This document shows positions 1-12,992 of a stretch of DNA of 64,000 nucleotides, piece by piece. A program made the translations under genes and the position numbers. This DNA comes from an uncultured Gemmatimonadaceae bacterium (GTDB lineage Bacteria > Gemmatimonadota > Gemmatimonadetes > Gemmatimonadales > Gemmatimonadaceae), in assembly GCA_963781585.1 (NCBI GenBank), contig CAWAGQ010000013.1, positions 288,001 through 352,000 of the forward strand, given 5' to 3'. Positions within the stretch are counted from its first letter, which is position 1. Every line of letters starts with the position of its first letter. The notes beneath the pieces are model-generated. The model saw only the letters and a program-made list of their open reading frames with translations. It was not told the origin of the DNA and searched no databases.

Positions 1-349
1 TGCCGACGTAGATGACGTTCGGATCGCTCGGCGCGATCGCGATCGCGCCGATCGAGGAGATGTCCTGGTCGTCGAAGATCGGACGAAAGGTGACGCCGCC
101 GTTGGTCGTCCGGATGATGCCGCCGTTGGCGCCGGCCACGTAGTAGGTCGAGGGATCGCCCGGCACCCCGGCCACCACCGAGACGCGACCGGCGTTGTTG
201 GCCGGGCCGACGGAGCGCCAGTCGATCGCCCGCAGCGCGGAAGCGATGGGATCGGAGGGCGGCGCGGCCGGCCGGGCCACCTGCTGGGCGCCGGCGGCGG
301 CGGACGCCGCGAGAGCAAGCGCGGCGAGGCAACGGGCGGAAGGACGCAT
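1..349 (-). CDS. Secreted VPS10/BNR-repeat (sialidase-like) beta-propeller glycosyl hydrolase, N-terminal part, runs off window
   Basis: Manual minus-strand translation from ATG at 349: signal peptide, then WRSVGPANNAGRVSVVAGVPGDPSTYYVAGANGGIIRTTNGGVTFRPIFDDQ...SIGAIAIAPSDPNVIYVG, the typical N-terminus of this family. Confidence 0.75.
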   Translation of the reverse strand, partial: MRPSARCLAALALAASAAAGAQQVARPAAPPSDPIASALRAIDWRSVGPANNAGRVSVVAGVPGDPSTYYVAGANGGIIRTTNGGVTFRPIFDDQDISSIGAIAIAPSDPNVIYVG

Positions 350-591
350 CTGTCGAAATCCCCGGAAAGAGGCTGAAGCGTGGCGTGCGGACGCGAAAAC
401 GGCCGCAACAATATGATAGGGCAGTGTTCCCACGAAGCCAGACGGGAGGAAACACCTGCATGCCAGCGGCGGGGGGACCGGGACGCGTACTGGTCCGCGA
501 TCAGCGCGGCCCATGGATGGCTCGGGAGGCACCCGCCTCCGCGGCTCCTCGCCGACGTGACGCGCGCCCTCAAGCAGGATCATATTCAGGC

Positions 592-1011
592 GTGACGTCC
601 ACGTCCGCCGGGTATTCCGGCACGCCCCTGGCCGCCAAGCTCGGCATCAAACCGGGATTCCGGGTCAAGGTGAAGAACGCGCCGACGAACTACCAGGCGC
701 TGCTGCGTCCGCTGCCTAACGACGTCCAGATCTCTCCGCGCCTCAAGGCCCCGGTGCAGCTCTGGCATCTGTTCGTGCGGTCGCGCGCGGAGCTCGCTCG
801 GCATCTGCATCGGGCGCTGCGCGAGATGGCACCCGGCGGGATGATCTGGATCTCGTGGCCGAAGAAGGCCTCCGGGGTGAAGACGGACATGACCGAGGAT
901 GCGGTCCGGGCGGCGGCGCTGCCGATCGGCCTGGTGGACGTCAAGGTCTGCGCGGTGGATGAAACGTGGTCGGGGCTCAAACTCGTCAGGCGCAGGGGCG
1001 TGCGAGCCTGA
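592..1011 (+). CDS. DUF3052 family protein
   Basis: AGYSGTPLAAKLGIKPG...WISWPKKASGVKTDMTED...GLVDVKVCAVDETWSGLKLVRR; GTG start at 592 chosen within ORF 385..1011. Confidence 0.8.
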   Translation: MTSTSAGYSGTPLAAKLGIKPGFRVKVKNAPTNYQALLRPLPNDVQISPRLKAPVQLWHLFVRSRAELARHLHRALREMAPGGMIWISWPKKASGVKTDMTEDAVRAAALPIGLVDVKVCAVDETWSGLKLVRRRGVRA

Positions 1012-1019
1012 GCCGGGGC

Positions 1020-2564
1020 CTACCGCTTCGGGAACGCGTGACCGGCGAGTTGCGCGGCGATCCAGTCCTGCACCCGCTCCACCTGCGTGTTCGGCACCGT
1101 GTAGTTGTTCGCCTGGAACGAGAACAGGAGCATGCGCCCGTCGGCGGTGGTCACGTAGCCCGAGAGCGCGTGTGACCGATCGACCGTGCCGGTCTTGGCG
1201 TGCACGTTCCCCTCGGCCGGGGTGCCTCGCATGCGGTTCGCGATCGTACCGTCCACGCCGCCGATGGGCAGGGCGTCGTAGAACACCTTGAAGTCGTCGC
1301 GCTTGCGCATCGCGTCGAGGATCCTGACGATCGTTTCCGGCGTGACATAGTCGTGTCGCGACAGCCCGCTGCCGTCGCGCACCACCAACCCGGCTGTGTC
1401 GGCGCCAAACGCGACCACCTGGCCTTCCACCACCCGGCGACCGCTGTCCGCCGATCCCACGCCGGCACGCTCCAGGCCGAGGGTCCGCAGCAGGATCTCG
1501 CCGATCTGGTTCTGCGACGGCTTGAAGAACTTCGGCATGATCTCACCGAGGGTCGGCGAGGACATGTCGAACAGATGGGTCTGATCGGCGATGACCGCGT
1601 CAGGCGTGCGGACGATTTCACCACGCATCGCGATCCCTCGGTCACCGAGCGCCTCGGCGAACGCGCCCAGCCAGGCGCTCGCTGGATCGCGGAGGGTCAC
1701 CTGGGCGCTCACGCTGTCGTGGGGGAGCACCCAGCCCGTCAAATGCACCACCGGTCGCGGCCCGCGCATGTCGGACGTGGCGCGTACTGCGCCGCCACGG
1801 GCTCCTCCGCGGCCCCCACCACCGAAGCCGCCTCCTCCGCGACCGCCTCGCGCGGCGGGCGCCGCCGCCACGGTGACGAAGTCGGCGACGATGTCCGGCA
1901 CCGTCCGCGCGGGCGCGGTGCGAACAACTACCGAATCCCCAGCGTAATCGCCGCCAAAAACCGTGACGCGCGCGACGCCGTTGTTGAAGAACAATTCATC
2001 CACTGCGGCGCCCGACGGCGTGTCGAGGTTCCCCCAGTCCCACGGTCCGATGGTGGTATCCGGGAACGCGTTGCCCCCCTTGACGAGCGACCCCGCGATC
2101 TCGCGGACGCTGCGCGCATACAGCGAATCGGCGGCTGCCCGGAGCGGCAGCATTGCGTCCCCCATCATCGCGTCGCTCACCGATGGATCGCCCCGTCCGG
2201 CGACGATGAGGTCGCCGCGGAGCACGCCGTTCTCCAGCGGTCCCGAGGCAAAGAACGCGGTCGTGAAACGATAGTCGGCGCCAAGTTGCACGAAGGCGGT
2301 CGAGCCGGTGAGCAGCTTCTCGTTGGAAGCGGGCATGAAGAGCTTGCCCGCGTTGTGCGAATAGAGCGTGTCGCCGGTGGCGGGATCGACGATCAGGATG
2401 CCCCAGTTGGCATTCCGGAACATCGGATCGGCCACGAGCGAATCGACGCTCCGCCGGAACGCGCTCCGCGTCACGACCGGGGTCGGGGGGCCGCCCGCGG
2501 GGGGCCCGGGATGGCAGGCCACCGCGGTCCCGGCAACGCACAGCAACCCGAGGAGATTGCGCAT
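1020..2564 (-). CDS. dacB: D-alanyl-D-alanine carboxypeptidase/endopeptidase (PBP4, peptidase S13), lipoprotein
   Basis: PASNEK (SxxK), SQN (SxN), DGSGLSR and KTGT motifs; lipobox-like AVAC. Confidence 0.9.
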   Translation of the reverse strand: MRNLLGLLCVAGTAVACHPGPPAGGPPTPVVTRSAFRRSVDSLVADPMFRNANWGILIVDPATGDTLYSHNAGKLFMPASNEKLLTGSTAFVQLGADYRFTTAFFASGPLENGVLRGDLIVAGRGDPSVSDAMMGDAMLPLRAAADSLYARSVREIAGSLVKGGNAFPDTTIGPWDWGNLDTPSGAAVDELFFNNGVARVTVFGGDYAGDSVVVRTAPARTVPDIVADFVTVAAAPAARGGRGGGGFGGGGRGGARGGAVRATSDMRGPRPVVHLTGWVLPHDSVSAQVTLRDPASAWLGAFAEALGDRGIAMRGEIVRTPDAVIADQTHLFDMSSPTLGEIMPKFFKPSQNQIGEILLRTLGLERAGVGSADSGRRVVEGQVVAFGADTAGLVVRDGSGLSRHDYVTPETIVRILDAMRKRDDFKVFYDALPIGGVDGTIANRMRGTPAEGNVHAKTGTVDRSHALSGYVTTADGRMLLFSFQANNYTVPNTQVERVQDWIAAQLAGHAFPKR

Positions 2565-2741
2565 GGCGCGAAGATCAACGTGGGCGGGATGGCGTCAAGC
2601 CCGACGCGCTCCCCCGGCTCGGCGATCCGGATGCGAGCTCCATCTGGCGGAACATGGCCACGCGCGCGAACGTGGAGCCGTCGAGAGCCGCCCTCCGGTC
2701 GCGCGGGAGGGCATGCGCGAACCCTCCACTCGCAGCGTCAT

Positions 2742-5700
2742 ATGCGCACCCACGTCTTCCTGCTCGCAGCCGCCGCGATGGCGGCCTCCTCGTCCGTTCC
2801 GGCTCAGGCACCCGCCGGGCCGACGCGGCTCCTGCGCAGCCCCTCAATCAGCGGCGAGTCCATCGCGTTCGCCTACGCCCAGGACATCTGGGTGGTCGAC
2901 CGGAAGGGGGGCATCGCCAGGAGACTGACCTCCTCACCGGGAGAAGAGAGCAACCCGAAAATCTCGCCGGACGGGAAGTGGGTGGCCTTCAGTGGACAGT
3001 ACACGGGCAACACCGACGTGTACGTGGTCCCGATCGAGGGCGGGATTCCCAAACGCCTCACGTTTCACAACGGCGCCGACATGGTGCAGGGCTGGTCGCC
3101 GGACGGGACGAAAATCCTCTTCTCGTCGAATCGCGAGACGAACGGCCCGAACGCCCAGGCGCGGTTCTTCACCGTGCCGGTGGCGGGTGGCCTCGAAGTG
3201 GCGCTCCCGATGAATCGTGCGTATCAGGGCCGGTATTCGCCCGACGGCACGCACATCGCCTATCGCATGAACTCCTCGTGGGACGAGGAGCGCCGGAATT
3301 ATCGTGGCGGCCAGAATCGCCCGATCTGGATCATCGACCTCAAAACGCTCGAGGTCACCTCGCCCCCCGGCTGGACGGATTCCAAGCAGATGGAGCCGGC
3401 GTGGGTCGGCGACGTCGTGTACTACATCGACGACGTCGACGGCGTCGCCAACGTGTGGGCGTACGACACGAAGGCGAAACGCCCGCCCACCCAGATGACC
3501 CACTTCTCCGATTACGACGTGAAGACGCTCGACGCGGGCTCCGGGGCAGTGGTGTTCGAGCAGGCGGGGTACATCCACGAGCTCGACCCGAAGAGCGGAC
3601 GCGAGCATGTGGTCAACATCACTGCCGCGGGTGACTTCCCCTGGATGGTGGCCGAATGGAAGGACGTCGGCGGAAATCTCACCAACATGGCGATTTCGCC
3701 GACGGGCCGCCGTGCGGTGGTCGAGGCGCGGGGCGAGATCTTCACCATCCCTGCGACCACCGGCGACGTGCGCGACCTCACCAACTCGGCGTCGTCTGCC
3801 GAGCGCGAGCCGGCGTGGAGTCCCGACGGCAAGTGGATCTCGTACTTCAGCGACAAGTCGGGCGAATACAAGCTCGTGATCGCAGACGCGACCGAGGCGA
3901 CGCCGCCGCGCGAGATCGCGCTCCCTCATCCGACGCATTACTACACAGCCGAGTGGTCGCCCGACAGCAAGATGCTGCTGTACCACGACACCAACCTGCA
4001 CCTCTGGGTGATGGACGTCGCCACCGGCAAGGCAAAGATCGTGGGCGACGATCCATGGATGGTGCCCACGCGCACGATGAATCCGACCTGGAGTCCCGAC
4101 TCCAAATGGATCGCCTATGTCCGGCACCTGAATTCGCTGTTCAAGCAGGTCGTCGTCTACAACGTCGAGACGGGGAAAACCACGCCGGTCACCGACGGTC
4201 TCGCTGACGCCACCTGGCCGGCGTGGGACGCGAGCGGGAAGTACCTCTGGTTCCTCGCTTCCACCGACTACGCGCTCCGGTCGCAGTGGCTGGACATGTC
4301 CGCCACCGATCACACCGAGGACTTCAGCGTCTACCTCACGGTGCTGGGCAAGAGCGATCCGTCGCCATTCCTGCCCGAGAGTGATGAGGAAGGCGGGCCG
4401 CCGACGTCCACCAACAGCGGCGGACGTGGTGGCGGTGGGCGCGGCGGTGCGGGGCGCGGTGGCGCCCCCGGCGGGGCAGCCGAGACGGAAGCCCAGACGC
4501 CGTTGCCCCAGCGCGGGCCGGCCACGGTCAACATCGATTTCGACGGCCTGTCGAACCGGATTCTCGCGGTGCCGGGGATTCCGGCCCGTGCCTACACGCG
4601 CCTCAAGGCGGGCGTGCCGGGATTCATCTACTACACGGATCCGGGTGCGGGTGGTGGCGGGCGTGGGGGACGCGGCGCGGCGGGTGGCGGGGCAACGGTG
4701 CAGCGCTATTCGCTGCGCGACAAGCGCGCGACCACCTTCCTCACCGGCGCCACCGATTTCGAGATCAGTGCCGACGGGCACAAGATGCTCTATCGCTCCG
4801 GTGGCGGTGGTGGTGGACGGGGCGGACGTGGCGGCGGCGCGGCGGCGAAGCCGTCGCTCTTCATCGTCGACGCGGACCGCAATCCTCCGGCGGCCGGCGC
4901 GGGCGCCATCAGCAACACGTTCCGCATGTCGTGGGATCCGCGCGACGAGTACGCGCAGATCTTCGCCGAGGCGTGGCGCAACCAGCGCGACTATCTCTAC
5001 GTCCCCAATCAGCACGGCTCCGATTGGCCGCGGATGAAGACCATGTACGGCGTGTACCTGCCGTACGTGAATCATCGCGCCGATCTGAACTACGTGGTCG
5101 ACATGATGGGGTCCGAGATCGCCATCGGACACTCGTACGTGCGCGGCGGCGAGATGCCCGAGAATCCCACCGGCGAGAACGCGCAGGGTGGCCAGCTCGG
5201 CGCCGACTTCACGATCGATCAGGGTCGCTACAGGATCACCAGAATCTACGACGCCGAAAGCTGGAACCCCGATTTGCGCGCCCCACTCGCGACGCCGGGC
5301 GTGGACGTGCGGGTCGGCGACTATGTAGTTGCGGTCAACGGCCAGGAGCTGAAGGCGCCCGACAGCATCTGGCGCCTGCTGGAAAACACCGCGGACCATC
5401 AGACCACGCTGCTCGTGAATCAGCGTCCCACGATGGAGGGGGCGCGCACCGCGCGGGTGATGCCGGTCGCCAGCGACCAGGGGCTGCGCACACGCGCGTG
5501 GATCGAAGGGAACCGGCGGCTTGTCGATTCCCTCTCACACGGAACGTTGGCCTACGTGTATCTGCCCAACACCGGTGGCCCGGGTTACGAGAGCTTCAAC
5601 CGTTACTACTTCGCCCAGCAGGACAAGCAGGGCGCGGTCATCGACGAGCGGTACAACGGTGGTGGTCAGGCGGCCGACTACATCATTGATGTGCTGGAGC

Positions 5701-6176
5701 GGAAGTTCGACGGCTACTTCAACAACGTCGCGGGCGATCGCGTGCCGTTCACCAGCCCGGCGGCCGGCATCTGGGGCCCGAAGGTGATGATCATCAATGA
5801 AATGGCGGGATCGGGCGGTGACCTGATGCCCTACATGTTCCACTACCGCAAGATCGGCACGCTGGTAGGCAAGCGGACGTGGGGCGGATTGGTCCACACT
5901 GCCGACACGCCACCGTTCATCGACGGCGGATCGGCGATCGCGCCGCGCGGCGGCTTCTTCGGCGTCGACGGCAAATGGCATGTGGAGAACGAGGGCATCG
6001 CTCCCGACATCGACGTCGAGGATTGGCCCAAGGACATCGCGGCCGGTCACGACATGCAGCTCGAGCGCGCGGTGCAGGAGGGGATGAAGCAGCTGGCGGA
6101 TCACCCCGTCGCACGGCTGATGAAGGAACCGGCGCCGCCGACATGGGGGGCGCGGAAGAAGCCGATTCAGCCGTAG
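2742..6176 (+). CDS. Tricorn protease homolog (S41, PD40 propellers + PDZ)
   Basis: ATG at 2742 with signal peptide; repeated WSPDG; DERYNGGG, AGSGGD, GKRTWGG, ENEGIAPDI motifs. Confidence 0.9.
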   Translation: MRTHVFLLAAAAMAASSSVPAQAPAGPTRLLRSPSISGESIAFAYAQDIWVVDRKGGIARRLTSSPGEESNPKISPDGKWVAFSGQYTGNTDVYVVPIEGGIPKRLTFHNGADMVQGWSPDGTKILFSSNRETNGPNAQARFFTVPVAGGLEVALPMNRAYQGRYSPDGTHIAYRMNSSWDEERRNYRGGQNRPIWIIDLKTLEVTSPPGWTDSKQMEPAWVGDVVYYIDDVDGVANVWAYDTKAKRPPTQMTHFSDYDVKTLDAGSGAVVFEQAGYIHELDPKSGREHVVNITAAGDFPWMVAEWKDVGGNLTNMAISPTGRRAVVEARGEIFTIPATTGDVRDLTNSASSAEREPAWSPDGKWISYFSDKSGEYKLVIADATEATPPREIALPHPTHYYTAEWSPDSKMLLYHDTNLHLWVMDVATGKAKIVGDDPWMVPTRTMNPTWSPDSKWIAYVRHLNSLFKQVVVYNVETGKTTPVTDGLADATWPAWDASGKYLWFLASTDYALRSQWLDMSATDHTEDFSVYLTVLGKSDPSPFLPESDEEGGPPTSTNSGGRGGGGRGGAGRGGAPGGAAETEAQTPLPQRGPATVNIDFDGLSNRILAVPGIPARAYTRLKAGVPGFIYYTDPGAGGGGRGGRGAAGGGATVQRYSLRDKRATTFLTGATDFEISADGHKMLYRSGGGGGGRGGRGGGAAAKPSLFIVDADRNPPAAGAGAISNTFRMSWDPRDEYAQIFAEAWRNQRDYLYVPNQHGSDWPRMKTMYGVYLPYVNHRADLNYVVDMMGSEIAIGHSYVRGGEMPENPTGENAQGGQLGADFTIDQGRYRITRIYDAESWNPDLRAPLATPGVDVRVGDYVVAVNGQELKAPDSIWRLLENTADHQTTLLVNQRPTMEGARTARVMPVASDQGLRTRAWIEGNRRLVDSLSHGTLAYVYLPNTGGPGYESFNRYYFAQQDKQGAVIDERYNGGGQAADYIIDVLERKFDGYFNNVAGDRVPFTSPAAGIWGPKVMIINEMAGSGGDLMPYMFHYRKIGTLVGKRTWGGLVHTADTPPFIDGGSAIAPRGGFFGVDGKWHVENEGIAPDIDVEDWPKDIAAGHDMQLERAVQEGMKQLADHPVARLMKEPAPPTWGARKKPIQP

Positions 6177-6361
6177 CGGCCCGCGCGGGTCGACTCGCGG
6201 TAGTGACCAGCCTGGTCGCAACTTCGCATCGCGCGCCTCCAGGCGCGCGGTGTCACGGCGCGCGATCCTCCTTGCTGCCGTGGGCGATCAGCTGCATACT
6301 GCGCCCCGCTCCGTGCGCCAAAACTCGCACAATGTTGTGGGCACTACCGGAGGTGTGACCG

Positions 6362-7540
6362 ATGCCCGAGATCCTGACGAGATTGTTCAAGGAGTTCGAT
6401 CACGGGACGATCTCGCGCCGCCAGTTGCTGCAGGCGCTCGGGATCGCCGCAGTGGCCGCTCCCGTCTCGGCGCTGGCACAGGGACGCTGCGGCGGGACGC
6501 GCGCCGGCTCGCCCGAGTGCGACAGGACGCCCGCCAAACCGCCGTTCGAGCCAACGGGTTGGAAGACGGTATTGCTCGATCATTTCACGATGCAGTGTGA
6601 GGACCCGCGTCGTGAGGCGGCGTACTACACCACGCTCATGAACTGGAAAGTCCGCAGCGACGACGGATCGACGATCGTGCTGGACATCGGCGACGATGTC
6701 GGCGGCGTGGTCATTCGCGGCGGATATCAGGGGCCGCCGCCGCCTCCGCCACGGGCCGATGCGCCACCGGCCGACAGCGCGGCGGCCGGGCGCGGTCGGG
6801 GAAGGGGCGGCGCACGCGCCCCGCGCCACGTGGTGTGGGACTCGTTCTGCTGGGGCATCGAGCCGTGGGATACGAAGAAGGTGGAGACGGAGCTCAGGAA
6901 GCGCGGCCTCAATCCCGTGGCCGACCACGCGGGGAGCGATTTCCAGAGCTTCCACGTGAGGGATGCAGACGGATTCGATCTGCAGATCAGCAACGGCAAT
7001 CGCCGGAACCGGAGACGGGGGGCCGCGCGCGGCCAGCTCACCGCTGCGGCGCCGTTCGATCCGACCGCCTGGAAGACGGTCTGGCTCGATCACATCTCGT
7101 TCCAATCGTCGAACTACAAGGAGAGCGTTGCATTCTACAGCGCCTTGTTAGGCTGGAAGGGAACGGGTGATGAGGGGAGCCAGAACGAGTGCGAGATCGG
7201 CGACGTGGGCAACATCATCATCCGCGGCGGGAACCCGAACGCGCGCGGCGGCGGGCCGGGACGTGCTGGCGCGGCGGGCGACAGCGCAGGCGGACGCGGC
7301 GGCCAGGCCGGCACGCCGGCCCGGCGTGCGACGATCGACCACATCGCGTTCGGGATCTCGCCCTGGGACCCGGACCAGGTGAAGGCGGAACTCGACAAGC
7401 GCGGGCTGACGGGTCGTGCCGACACGGGGGGCAACGGCGACATTCACGTCGCGCCCTACCAGAGTTATCACACGACCACGCCCGACGGATTCGATCTCCA
7501 GATCAGCAACGCCACGCGCGTGGGCCGCGAAGTGCGGTAG
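6362..7540 (+). CDS. Duplicated VOC/glyoxalase family protein with Tat-like signal
   Basis: SRRQLL twin-arginine; two internal repeats (WKTVxLDH ... DGFDLQISN). Confidence 0.75.
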   Translation: MPEILTRLFKEFDHGTISRRQLLQALGIAAVAAPVSALAQGRCGGTRAGSPECDRTPAKPPFEPTGWKTVLLDHFTMQCEDPRREAAYYTTLMNWKVRSDDGSTIVLDIGDDVGGVVIRGGYQGPPPPPPRADAPPADSAAAGRGRGRGGARAPRHVVWDSFCWGIEPWDTKKVETELRKRGLNPVADHAGSDFQSFHVRDADGFDLQISNGNRRNRRRGAARGQLTAAAPFDPTAWKTVWLDHISFQSSNYKESVAFYSALLGWKGTGDEGSQNECEIGDVGNIIIRGGNPNARGGGPGRAGAAGDSAGGRGGQAGTPARRATIDHIAFGISPWDPDQVKAELDKRGLTGRADTGGNGDIHVAPYQSYHTTTPDGFDLQISNATRVGREVR

Positions 7541-7654
7541 CCAACCGGAAGCCGCGCGCGACTGCGCGGGGATGCCAGGCTGTGCGCGCCGTCGTCGCGT
7601 CGTGGGCCGCGGCGCCGTCATGAGCTGCCGTGCGTCGCGGCCTGGCTGCGGCTC

Positions 7655-10819
<3,165 letters not shown>

Positions 10820-11005
10820 GGCGGGACCTCGGGGGCACGAGCCGAGAGAAGATGCGGTATCCCGAAAATGTACGACGTGAAGGGGTGCCGGGCGAGGCGG
10901 AGGGGGGCCGGTGCGCGCGCGTGCCACCCGGTGACGAGGTGCGTGAATGCTGGTGGTGGGAGTCGAGGCGGGTGCGTAGACCGCGGGCCGTCTGGTGACC
11001 TCTCA

Positions 11006-11410
11006 ATGCAGCCGAATCCGAAACTCCTGCGCTCGTGGCGTGCGAAATTGTGCGTTGGGGATTTCAGCCGGCGGACGGAGGAGTCGTACGTGAGCTGGGG
11101 TGCGTCGCTTCATCGAACGCAATCAGCTCCGCCACCCGCAAGACATGAGGGAACGCGAAGTCGTGCAGTTTCTGACCTTCCTTGCCGTCGAGCGCACACT
11201 CGCTGCCGCCACCCAGGCCCAGGCAGTTGCGGCGCTCCAGTTCCTGTAACCCTGCGCCATTCCTTTGCGACGCATTTGCTTGGAGGCAGGCCATGACATC
11301 CGAACGGTACCGGAGCGATTGGGGCGTCGTGACGTATCGACGACGATGATCTACACGCGCGTGCTGAATCGCGTTCGGTCGGGTGTTCGCAGCCCGGTGG
11401 ACCGCGTATT
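11006..11410 (+). pseudogene. intI: Integron integrase remnant: internal deletion and two frameshifts
   Basis: N-term FSRRTEESYVSW/VRRFIERNQLRHPQDMREREVVQFLTFLAVERTLAAATQAQAVAALQFL joined at ~11250 to C-term [48 protein letters not shown]; the C-terminal tail is characteristic of IntI. Confidence 0.85.
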
Positions 11411-11490
11411 CGGGCCCGCAGGGTTGTCGGATTCGGCTGCGCTCCGTATGGTGGGCGCTGGTTGGGGTGTTGGGAGGGGAATGGGAAGAG

Positions 11491-11514
11491 GGGTTCAATA
11501 CTTGTTAGACGCCT
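11491..11514 (+). other. Putative attI site / start of first cassette
   Basis: GTTRRRY core GTTAGAC at 11504-11510, preceded by AT-rich GGGTTCAATACTT, ~100 bp 3' of the intI remnant; GTTAGACGCCT is the exact reverse complement of AGGCGTCTAAC at 19508-19518. Confidence 0.65.
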
Positions 11515-11549
11515 ACAATCATCGCGGCGGAGCAAACCCTGGAGATCCG

Positions 11550-12053
11550 ATGGCGTATCGTAACAAGGTGTTTGTCTCATTCGACGGCGACTCGGATATC
11601 CACTACTACCGGCTCATGCGCGCGTGGAAGCAGAACGACCGCACGGACTTCGACTTCGTCGATGCTCATGATCTGACCCAAGCTCGCGATACGAGCACTG
11701 AAGACTCGATCAAGCGCAGCCTGTTGCAGCGGCTCGCGAACACCAAAGTCTTCGTATCTCTTATCGGGGAGAAGACGAAGTACCTCTATAAGTTTGTCCG
11801 ATGGGAGCTCGAGCAGGCAATTCGCCTCGATGTCCCGATCATCGGCGTAAACCTGAACGGCCGGCGCTCGCAGGACGCCGACCGATGCCCGCCACTTCTG
11901 CGCGACCAACTCGCCGTCTACGTCACGTTTAACCCTGCGATCATCCAGTACGCCCTCGAGCACTGGCCAACCGAGTGGCAAACCCTTCGACGCGAAGGCA
12001 AGACTGGCGCGCGGTACTATACGGACAGCGTGTATTCACGGCTCGGCCTGTAG
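11550..12053 (+). CDS. thsB: TIR-like (MTH538/DUF1863) protein, Thoeris ThsB-like
   Basis: ATG 11550 after [32 protein letters not shown] (catalytic Glu context), VPIIGVNL. Confidence 0.8.
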   Translation: MAYRNKVFVSFDGDSDIHYYRLMRAWKQNDRTDFDFVDAHDLTQARDTSTEDSIKRSLLQRLANTKVFVSLIGEKTKYLYKFVRWELEQAIRLDVPIIGVNLNGRRSQDADRCPPLLRDQLAVYVTFNPAIIQYALEHWPTEWQTLRREGKTGARYYTDSVYSRLGL

Positions 12054-12065
12054 CCGCCACGGCGC

Positions 12066-12992
12066 ATGTTGAGCACCTCTATTGCCGCTGTCCGGCACAT
12101 CTCGGTCGTCAAGTTGGGCGAGTCGATCCTCGAGGCGCTGGGCGTTCTATGGCTCATTCTCGAGATCACGGCTTACTTTTCCACCCAGTCGTCCGCGGTC
12201 ATCAGGCCGTACTGGTGGCTGTTTCTGATCGGGGGCGTTGGAGCAGGCCTCGTCCGCGCTTGGCCTCGACTCGCGGCTTCAGAGATTGTCGAGGGATCGG
12301 ACTGCACCATCGAGATCCGAGTGTGCGATATCCTCTCTCTTCGACACGTCGCACTGGTTGTCGGAACGAACGACACTTTCGATACCGCGCTTTCTGATGG
12401 CACGATTAGCAGCGAGAGCGTTCAGGGTCAGGCGACACTCCGCTTGCTTGCATCTCCGGAACAGCTGAATCGAGAACTCGACCATTCACTCGCTGGAACG
12501 GCGGCCACCGAGTTGTCTTACGATGACAAACCCTTCGGCAACTTAAAGCGATACCCAATTGGGACCGTGGCGAGTGTGGATGCTGGTACGCGGCGCATAT
12601 ACTTCGCCGCCATCGCCTCGCTCAACGCGCACCGCGTGGCCCACACAACCCGCCGGGATATCGCCGATGCGCTACCCCGGATTTGGGAACACATCCGCGA
12701 GCGAGGAGGGCTACACCCCCTGGCGTGTCCCGTGCTCGGATCGGGCTACTCACGATTGGACGCTACACGCGAGGAGCTCATTCGGGAGATCATCCGGTCA
12801 TTCGTGCCGGCAGTGAGGGCTGGAATGTTCTGCCGCGGACTGACGATCGCGGTTAGTCCCCGAGACTTTCGTGATGGACGCGTGAGTCTCACCGCGCTCG
12901 GGAGCTTCCTCGCGCACGAGTGCAAGTACGGAAGCGCGGGGCTGAGCCGGGACGTGGGCGGGCCACTCGGAACACCTCAAGGTTCAGCCTGA
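12066..12992 (+). CDS. thsA: Two-TM + macro-domain protein, type II Thoeris ThsA-like effector
   Basis: Two N-terminal hydrophobic helices, then IEIRVCDIL, VVGTNDTFDT, SVQGQ, YPIGTVA, PVLGSGYSRL macro-fold motifs; directly downstream of the TIR gene. Confidence 0.72.
   Translation: MLSTSIAAVRHISVVKLGESILEALGVLWLILEITAYFSTQSSAVIRPYWWLFLIGGVGAGLVRAWPRLAASEIVEGSDCTIEIRVCDILSLRHVALVVGTNDTFDTALSDGTISSESVQGQATLRLLASPEQLNRELDHSLAGTAATELSYDDKPFGNLKRYPIGTVASVDAGTRRIYFAAIASLNAHRVAHTTRRDIADALPRIWEHIRERGGLHPLACPVLGSGYSRLDATREELIREIIRSFVPAVRAGMFCRGLTIAVSPRDFRDGRVSLTALGSFLAHECKYGSAGLSRDVGGPLGTPQGSA

Noticed and set aside
1200..2741. Apparent 514-aa N-terminal extension making a 1658-aa tricorn ORF
   Set aside because: It is the stop-free antisense shadow of dacB; the real start with a signal peptide is at 2742.
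11265..11549. Apparent integrase-TIR fusion ORF (11265..12053)
   Set aside because: Chance in-frame read-through from the intI stump across attI; the TIR gene has its own RBS and ATG at 11550.
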